Positions 23,270 to 32,056 of a stretch of 32,056 nt of DNA are shown here, piece after piece. Under the pieces are notes generated by a model, which was not told the DNA's origin, searched no databases, and saw nothing but the letters and a program-made list of their open reading frames with translations. A program made the translations under genes and the position numbers. The DNA comes from Chiloscyllium plagiosum. Its lineage: Eukaryota. Each line of letters begins with the position of its first letter. Position 1 is the stretch's first letter. Where the stretch lies: NCBI RefSeq assembly GCF_004010195.1, contig NW_025215092.1:9197-41252 (forward strand), given 5' to 3'.

Positions 23270-23577
23270 GGGCGGCACGGTGGCACAGGGTTAGCACTGC
23301 TGCCTCACAGCGCCAAAGACCCGGGTTCAATTCCCCGCCTCAGGCGACTGACTGTGTGGAGTTTGCACGTTCTCCCCGTGTCTGTGTGGGTTTCCTCCGG
23401 GTGCTCCGGTTTCCTCCCACAGTCCAAAGATGTGCAGGTCAAGTGAATTGGCCATGCTAAATTTCCCGTAGTGTTAGGTAAGTGTTAGGGGTATGGGTGG
23501 GTTGCGCTTCGGCGGGTCTGTGTGGACTTGTTGGCCCGAAGGGCCTGTTTCCACACTGTAAGTAATCTAATCTAATC
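23270..23577 (+). mobile_element. HE1-type V-SINE (tRNA head, V-domain, CR1-like tail), near full length
   Basis: A box TGGCACAGGG, B box GGTTCAATTCC, core GTGTGGAGTTTGCACGTTCTCCCCGTG, tail GAAGGGCCTGTTTCCACACTGTA..(TAATC)n. Confidence 0.95.
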
Positions 23578-23659
23578 ATCCAGAAACATCATATCAACTG
23601 GTGAAATGTGAAACAGAAATAAAAGCATGTAATAATGAAGCAGCTGTAACAACTCCCAA

Positions 23660-23850
23660 TTTTCCTAAATATCCAACTGGTTCAGGAATATCTGTTCAGG
23701 AATCAGAATGATATTTTTAACTTACTCTGGCTCTATGTGACTCCAAACCCAGAGTAATGTGTCACTGTCTCTCAGTTGTCCTTAAACTGATTATTGATAG
23801 ATGTTGAACGTTGGAATGTGTCACTCACACCCCATGAACAAATGAAGAAT
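23660..23850 (+). mobile_element. Highly decayed SINE body and tail, same family as 2750-3038
   Basis: CTGGCTCTATGTGACTCCAAACCCA..AATGTG and CCCATGAACAAATGAAGAA remnants. Confidence 0.4.
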
Positions 23851-26800
23851 CTGGAATATACGATAAGGCAAGATGGAATGGGATGTAATTCAGGATGGAA
23901 TTCGCCTGTTGAAAGCATGCTGGCCTGTGACAATTCACAGCATGTGCAGGACTCCAGATACTGAGGGGAACAGATGCTGAGAAGTGTTGTCTGACAGCAA
24001 GAGATTGTGGAGAAAAAATAGGTTGGGGGGATAGCTGGGCAAATCAGACACGTAATGTAATCAAGCCTGGACAAACACATGTGGGAGAGCAGCACCAACT
24101 GAGAAGGCTGAGTGACTTCTTACTTTTGCCCACTCTACCCTGTCCTCCCACACTCATACCTTGCTTATCTCAACAGACTAAAGACTAAATCATTTGGTGC
24201 TGAAAGGGCCAGTACTGCGCTTTGATGTGTTGTGCTCTATTAACTAACTTCCTTTGTTAGTTGAGCGGTTCCACAAAGAGCCTGTACTGCGCTGTAATGT
24301 TCTATGAGTCTAAATTCCTTCATCAGCCGAGCGGTTTCATAAAGGGCCTGTACTGAACTGTAATTTTTGACGTTCTATTAGTCTAATGTCCGTTATTAGC
24401 CAAGTGGTTATATAAAGGGCCTGTGATACTCTGTAATGTTACTGTTCGATGAGTCCAAATTTCTTCATTAGCTGAATGGTTCCAGAAACGGCCTGTACTG
24501 CACTGTCATAGACTAGTTTGTATTAGACAAATGACCTTTATAAGCTTAGCAGTTCCATAAATGGCCTGTAAAGCGCTGCAATGTTTTACATTATATAGTC
24601 CAGCATCCGTTATTAGCCACGCTGTTCCATAACGGCCTGTACTGCACTATAATGCTCTGTGTTCTCTGAGTTTAACGTACATTATTAGCCGAACGTTTCC
24701 ACAAAGGACTGTAATGCGCTGTTATGTTCTACATTGTATTAGTCTAATTTCCTTTATTAGTCGAGCGCTTCCATAAACGGCCTGTACTGTGCTGTAATGC
24801 TTTACGTTCTGTGAGTCAAACTTCCTTAATTTGCCAAGCGGTTCCATAAGCGGCATGCAGTGCGCTGTATTAATCTATATTTTAGTAGTCTCATGCCCGT
24901 TATTATCCAAGTGGTTCCATAAAGAGTCTGTACTGCGCTGTAATGTTCAATGTTCTATGAATCTAACTTTCTTTATTGGCTGAGCGATTCCATAAACGGC
25001 CTGTAATGCCCTGAAATCTTCTATGTTGTATTAGTCTAATGTCCATTATGAGCTGAGCGGTTCCATAAAGGCATTGTACTGCTCTGTCATAGTCTATGTT
25101 GTATTAGTCTAACTTCCTTTATCAACCAAGCAATCCCAAAAAAGTCCTGTCCTGCACTATAATGCTCTATGTTTTATGAGTTTAACTTCCTTTATTAGCT
25201 GAGTGGTTCCATAAAGGGTCTGTAATGCACTGTAATGTTTTATGTTGTATTAGTCTAGCTTCCTATATCATCGGAGTAGTTCCATAAAGGGACTGTACTG
25301 AGTTGTCATTTTCCGTGTGTCGAACTTCCTTTTTAGCAGAGCGGTACCATAAAAGGCCTGCACTGCGCTGTAATGCTCTATTTCCTATGAATATAACGGT
25401 AATAATAGGCCAAGCGGTTCCCTAAAGGGTTTGTAATGCACTGTAATGTTGTATGTTCTGTGTCTAACTTCCTGTATTAGCCAAGCACCTTCACTGTGCT
25501 GTATTGTCCTATGTTCTACGTGTCTAACTTCCGTTATTAGAAGAGTGGTTCCATAAAGGGCCTGTACTGCGCGGTCATGTTTAATGTTCTATGAGGGAAC
25601 TCTCCTTTTTAGGTGATTGGTTCCTTACAGGACCTGTACTGCGCTGTCATGTTCTGTGTTCTCTGAGTCTAACGTACATTATTAGCCGAGCTGTTCCAAA
25701 ATGGGCCTGTACTGAGTTGTAATGTTCTATGTTCTCTGAGCTCAACATCCTTTATTAGCCGAGAGGTTCAAAAAGGGGCCTGTACTGCGCTGTCATAGTC
25801 TAGGTTGCATTAACCAATGTCCTTTATGAGTCAAGTGGTTCCATAAAGGGCCTGTACTGCGCCGTAATGTGCTGCTTTGTATTAGTCTAACTTTTTTATT
25901 GGCTGTGTGGTTCCATAAAGAGTCTATGCGACACTGTAATGTTCTATGTTCTATGAATCTAACATCCTTTTTTCGTCAAACGGTTTCATATGTGGCCTGT
26001 AGTGCACCATAATGTTTTATGTTGTACCAGTCTAATGTCCGTTATTAGCCGAGTTGTTCCATAAAGGGCCTGTACTGCGCTATAATGTTCAATGTTCTGT
26101 GAGGGAACTCTCCTTTTTAGGTGATTGGTTCCTTACAGGGCCTGTACTGCGCTGTCATGTTCTGTGTTCTATGAGTCTAACGTACATTATTAGCCGAGCT
26201 GTTCCCAAATGGGCCTGTACTGAGTTGTAATGTTCTATGTTCTCTGAGCTCAACATCCTTTATTAGCCGAGAGGTTCAAAAAGGGGCCTGTACTGCGCTG
26301 TCATAGTCTAGGTTGCATTAACCAATGTCCTTTATGAGTCAAGTGGTTCCATAAAGGGCCTGTACTGCGCCGTAATGTGCTGCTTTGTATTAGTCTAACT
26401 TATTTTATTGGCTGTGTGGTTCCATAAAGAGTCTATGCGACACTGTAATGTTCTATGTTCTATGAATCTAACATCCTTTTTTCGTCAAACGGTTTCATAT
26501 GTGGCCTGTAGTGCACCATAATGTTTTATGTTGTACCAGTCTAATGTCCGTTATTAGCCGAGTTGTTCCATAAAGGGCCTGTACTGCGCTATAATGTTCA
26601 ATGTTCTGTGAGTTTTACTTTCTTATTACGCTGAGCGATCCCATAATGTTCTATGTTCTATGGTCTAACTTTCTTTATTAGCCAAGTGCTTTCAAGGCGC
26701 ACTGTAATGCGCCTTGGTCCATGACACAAACTTCATTTATTAGCCGTGCGATTCCATAAAGTGATGTAACATTATATGTTGTATTAGTCTAATGTCCTTT

Positions 26801-28133
26801 ATTAGATGAACGGTTCCATACAAGGCATGTACTCTCGTTCTGTATGTCCATCTTCCTTTTTTACCCAAGCGGTTCCATAAACGGCCTGTACTGCGCATAT
26901 ATGTTCTTTGTTATATTAGTCTGACTTCAATTATCAGCCGCGTGGTTCCATAAAAGGCCTACTGTGCTGTAATGTTTTGTTATATTCGTCTGACTTCCGT
27001 TATTTGCTGAGCGGTTCCATAAAGGACCAGTACTGCACTGTGCTATGCTATGTTCTTTGAGTGTAACTTTCCGTGCGTTCATGTTAGAAGTTGTATAATT
27101 CTAACTTCCTTAATCAGCCGAGCGGACCCATAAAGGGCCTGTACTTCGCTATAATGTTCTATGAGTCTAACTTCATTTATCGGGCGATCAGTTCTATAAA
27201 GTTGTGTAGTGCACGGTAATGTTCTATGTTCTGTGAGAGTAACTTTCACTATTAGCCGAGCGTTTCCATGGAGGGCCTGTACTGCGCTGTAATGGCCTTT
27301 GTTGTCTTAGTCTAACTTCGTGAATCAGCCAAGCGACTCCATATACGGCCAGCACTGCACTGTGATGTTCGATGTTGTATTAGTCTAACATCCGTAATTA
27401 GCTGAACGGTTCCATAAAGGGCATGTATTGCACTGTAATGTTTTATGTTCTATGAGTCTAACTTCCTTAATCAGCCGAACGGTTCCAGACAGGGTCTCTG
27501 TCTTATTCAATGTCTAACTTCCTTTATCAGCCAATGTGCTGTAATGTGCTGTCTTATTCAATGTCTAACTTCCTTTATCAGCCAAGCAGTTCCACAGGAC
27601 CAGTACTGCTCTGTAATTTTCTATGTTCTATGAGTCTAACCTCCTTTATTAGACGAGTGGTTCTAGAAAGCGCCCGTATTGTGCTGTCATTTTTAAAGTT
27701 GTATTAGCCTAACTTCCTTTATTAGCCGAGTGGTTCCATCAAGGACCTATACTGTGCAGTAATGTTCTATATTCTATGAATCTAACTTCCTTAATCAGCC
27801 GAGTAGTTCCATAAAGACCCTGTGCTGTGCTATGTTATGCTCTGTTGTATTAGTCTAACTTCCTTTATCAGCCGAGCGGTTACATCATGGGACTGTACCG
27901 CACTGTAATGTTCTATGTTGTATCAGTCTAATATCCGTTATTAGCCTTACATTTCCATACCGTGCTGTAATGTTCTATGTTTTGTTTGTCTAACTTCTTT
28001 TATCTGCCAAGAGGATCTATAATGGGTCTTTAATGCGCTGTAATTATCTATGTTGTATTCATCTAAGTTCCTTTATTAGCCGAGTGGTTTCATAAAGGAC
28101 TTGTACTGGACTGTCATGCTCTTTGTTGAATTA

Positions 28134-28339
28134 GGAGAAAGTGAGGTCTGCAGATACTGGAGATCAGAGCTGAAAATGTGTTGCTGGAAAAGCGCAGCAG
28201 GTCAGGCAGCATCCAGGGAACAGGAGAATCGATGTTTCGGGCTTATGCCCTGAAGAAGGGATTATGCCCGAAACGTCGATTCTCCTGTTCCCTGGATGCT
28301 GCCTGACCTGTTGCGCTTTTCCAGCAACACATTTTCAGC
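28134..28339. mobile_element. Palindromic PLE terminal-repeat insertion within the satellite
   Basis: Arms ~28169-28242 and ~28266-28339 are near-perfect reverse complements; TGTTGAATTAG occurs on both flanks. Confidence 0.9.
28250..28280 (+). ncRNA. Minimal type I hammerhead ribozyme core (PLE-associated)
   Basis: CUGAAGA-A-GGG(A)UUAU(G)CCC-GAAA-C-GUC: CUGANGA box, helix II, GAAA box and a GUC cleavage triplet. Confidence 0.7.
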
Positions 28340-31300
28340 CCTATGTTGAATTAGTCCAGCGTCCATTATTAGCCGAGCGTTTTCATAAAGGGTCTGTCCC
28401 GCGCTGTAATGTTCTATGTTCAATGAGTCTAACTACCTTTATTGGACGAGCGTTTCCATAAAGGCCTGTACTGCGCTGTTACGTTCTACATTCTAATATG
28501 TCTAACTTCCTTTATTAGCTGAGCCGTTCTATATAGGCCTGTACTGTGCTGTCCTGTTCTATGTTGTATTAGTCTAACTTGTTTTATTAGCCGAAAGGTT
28601 CTAAAAATGGACTGTATTGCCCTGTAATGTAATATGTCCTAAGAGTCTAATATTCATTATTAGCTGCGTTGTAATGGTATATTTTGCATTAGTCTAACTT
28701 CCTTTATTAGACGTGTTGGTCCATAAAAGGCCTGCACTGCGCTGTCATGTTCTCTGTTGTATAAATCTAACGTCCGTTATTCGCCTTGCATTTCCATACA
28801 GGGCCTGTACCTCGCGGTAATGTTTTAAGTTCTCTGTGTCTAACTTCCTTTATTAGCCGAGTGATTCCATAAAGGGCTTGTATAGCGCTGTAATGTTCTA
28901 TGTTGTATTAGTCTAATGTCCATTATTAGCTGAGCGTTTTCATAAAGGGTATGTATTGTGCTGTAATGTTTTATGTTGTATTAGTCTAACTTCCTTTATT
29001 AGCCGAGCGGTTGCATAAATGGCCTGTGCAGGGCTGTAATGTTCTCTGAGTCTAACTTCCTTTATGAGTCGAGCGGATCCACGAAGGGCATGTACTGTGT
29101 TGTAATGTTCTATGTTGTATTAGTTTAACGTCCATTATTAGCTGAGCGTTTTCATGAAGGGCATGTACTGCGCTGTAATGTTCTATGTTACTTGAGTGTA
29201 ACTTTCTGTGTTCATCGAGCAGTTTATTAAGGGCCTGCTCTGTGCTGTAATGTTCCATGAATGTAGAACGTAACAGCGCAGTACAGGCCTTTATGGAAAC
29301 GCTCGTCCAATAAAGGTAGTTAGACTCATTGAACACTTGCATTATTAGCTGAGCGGTTCTATAAAGGGCTTTTACTGCACTGTCCTGTTCTATGTTGCAG
29401 TGGTCGAACTTGTTTCATTTGCCGAGCCGTTCCACAAAGGGTCTGTATTATCCCGTAATGTAATATGCCCTATGTGTCTAACATTCTTTATTAGCTGAAT
29501 GGGTCTATAAAGGCCCTACACTGAGCAGTAATGGTCGAAGTTGTATCAGTCTGACGTCTGTTATTATCCGTGTATTTCCATAAAGGGCCTGTACTGCGCT
29601 GTCATATTCTATGGTGTAGTGGTCTAACTTCCTCTATTAGCTGAGTGGTTCCATGAAAAGGCCTGTACTGCGCTGAAACATTTTATGTTCTATGAGTCTA
29701 AATTCCTTATTCAGCCAAGCGATTTCATTAAGGGCCTGTACTGCACTGACATGTTACATGTTCTATGAGACTAACTTCCTTTATTCGCTGAGCGGTTCCA
29801 TAAAGGACCAAAACTGCGCTGTAATGTCCTATGTTATGCAATCTAACTTCATTTGTCAGCCGAGCGGTTCGATAAAGGGCCCCTTCTGCGCACTGATGCT
29901 TTTTGCTCAGTGCATCGAACTTCCTTTGGTAGCTGAGCATTTCCACAAAGGGCCTGTACTGCGCTGTCATTTTCTGTGTTCTATCAGTGTAACATTCTCT
30001 GTTAGCTGAGAGATTCCATAAACGGCCTGTGTTGCGCTGGCATATTCCACGTTGTATCAGTCTAACTTACTTTATCAATCGATTGATTCCATAAAGGGCC
30101 TGTACTGCACTGTAATGCTCTTTGTTCTATGAGTGTAACTTTCTCTATCAGCCGAGCTGTTCCACAAAGGGCATGTACTGCGTTGTAATGTTATTTGTTG
30201 TATAAGTCTAACTTCCTTTTTTAGCCGAGTGATTCCATAAAGGGCCTGTACTGCGCTATAATGTGCTATGTTCTATGACTCAAATATCCTGTGTTAGCCA
30301 AGCGGTTCCATAAAGGGCATGCACTGCGTTGTAATGTTTTATGTTGTATTGGTTTAACTTCCTTTATCTGCCGAATTGTTACATAAAGGGCATATACTGT
30401 GCTGTAATGTTATATGTTATAGTAGTTCATCTGAATTTATTAGCCGAGGGGTTCCATAAAGTGCCTGTAAAGCAATGTAATTATCTATGTTGTATTTGTC
30501 TAACTTCCTTTATCAGCCGAGAGGTTTCCAAAAAGGCCGATACTATTCTATAATGCTCGATGTTCCATGAGTCAAACTTCCTTTATTAGCCGAGTGGTTC
30601 CATAAAGGGCCTATACCGCGCTGTAAGTTTCTATGTTTTATGAGTCTAAAGTTCACCATAAGCCAAGCGGTTCCACAAAGGTCTGGTACTGCGCTGTAAT
30701 GTACCATGTCTTATGAGTCTAACTTTCTTTATTAGCCAAGCTGTTCCATAAAGCGCCTGCACTGTGCCGTCATATTTGATGTTCTATTAGTCTAACTTCC
30801 TTTATTGCCGAGCAGTTACTTAAAGGGCAAGTAGTGCGCTGTAATGTTTGATGTTGTATTAGTTTCACATCCTTTATGAGACGAGCGGTTCCATAAAGCA
30901 CCTGTATTATGCTGTCATATTCGATGTCGTAAGTCTAACTTCCATTATTAGCCGAGTGATTCCATAAAGGGTCTGGACTGCACTGCAATGTTTTATGTTC
31001 TATGAATCTAACTTCCTGTATTAGCTGAGTGTTTCCATAAAGGGCCTGTTCTGCGCTGTCATACCCTAAGTTGCATTAGTCTCACTTCCTTTAGCTGCCC
31101 AGCGGTTCCATAATGTGCCTGTACTGCGCTGTAATGGTCTTTATTGGATTAGTCTAACTTCCTTTATGAGCCGAGCGTTTCCATATTTGCTCAGAACCGC
31201 GCAGTGATGTTATGTGCTGTACGAGTGTAACTTACATTATTAGTCGTGCTGTTCCCTAAAGGCCCTATATTGCCCTGTAATATTCCATGTGTCCAACCTC

Positions 31301-31495
31301 CATTATTAACCGAGCGGTTCCATGAAGGGCCTGTACTGCGCTGTAATGTTCTATGTTCTCTGAGTGTAAGTCACATTATTAGCTTTGCGCTTCCATAAAT
31401 GGTTTCTAATGTCTGTAATGTTCTATGTTGTATTAGTCTAATGTCCGTTAATAGCCAAGTGGTTCTATAAAGGGCCTATAGTGCGCTGTAATGTT

Positions 31496-32056
31496 AGAAC
31501 ATAGAACATAGAAGAATACAGCACAGTACAGGCCCTTCGGCCCTCGATGTTGCGCCGATCCAAGCCCACCTAACCTACACTAGCCCACTATCCTCCATAT
31601 GCCTATCCAATGCCCGCTTAAATGCCCATAATGAGGGAGAGTTCTCCACTGCTACTGGCAGGGCATTCCATGAACTCACGACTCGCTGAGGAAAGAACCT
31701 ACCCCTAACATCTGTCCTATACCTACACCCCCTTAATTTACAGCTATGCCCCCTTGTAGTAGCTGACTCCATACGAGGAAAAAGATTCTCACTGTCGACC
31801 CTATCTAAACCCCTAATCATCTTATACACCTCTATCAAGTCACCCCTAAACCTTCTTTTCTCCAATGAAAACAACCCCAAGTGCCTCAGCCTTTCCTCAT
31901 ACGATCTTTCTACCATACCAGGCAACATCCTGGTAAACCTCCTCTGCACCCGTTCCAGTGCCTCCACATCCTTCCTATAGTATGGCGACCAAAACTGCAC
32001 ACAATACTCCAGATGCGGCAGCACCAGAGTCTTATACAACTGCAACACGACCTCAG
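31496..32056 (-). mobile_element. Young CR1 LINE 3' end, open ORF2 C-terminus; runs off the right edge
   Basis: ORF 31575..32048 LYKTLVLPHLEYCVQFWSPYYRKD..LERVQRRFTRM..RGDLIEVYKM; tail (TTCTATG)n. Confidence 0.97.

Larger units (their letters stand above)
24200..31495 (+). repeat. Satellite array, ~73-bp monomer, roughly 100 diverged copies
   Basis: Consensus by eye: TTCCATAAAGGGCCTGTACTGCGCTGTAATGTTCTATGTT(G/C)TAT(T/G)AGTCTAACTTCCTTTATTAGCCGAGCGG. Confidence 0.97.

Noticed and set aside
24200..31495. CRISPR-like or tRNA-array reading of the 73-bp repeat
   Set aside because: No unique spacers, no cas genes, eukaryotic context; no cloverleaf or proper B box.

Overview
Eukaryotic, repeat-rich vertebrate DNA. 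An HE1/V-SINE, CR1 LINEs with (TCTATG/TCTATTG)n tails, several Penelope-like element (PLE) families and a GPR139/142-like receptor point to a cartilaginous fish, probably a shark (inferred from recognised families; no search was run). No intact host gene can be fully assembled. The window holds a doubly frameshifted class A GPCR main exon (+, 4466-5373) and an intact-looking first exon of the same family on the opposite strand (22334-22400). Mobile DNA includes many CR1 fragments, a young PLE with an open RT-thumb/GIY-YIG frame, PLE terminal repeats with hammerhead-ribozyme cores, tRNA-derived SINEs and a decayed Gypsy RNase H. There are three tandem arrays: a 77/232-bp array built from LINE ORF2 coding sequence, a ~44-bp array full of RFX X-box/GC-box-like motifs, and a ~7.3-kb, ~73-bp satellite whose monomer contains the CR1 3' terminus. 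I see no clear new multi-gene system. The best leads are the LINE-derived satellites, the PLE hammerhead and insertion signatures, and the strand-discordant GPCR exons. Repeat boundaries are approximate and read by eye.
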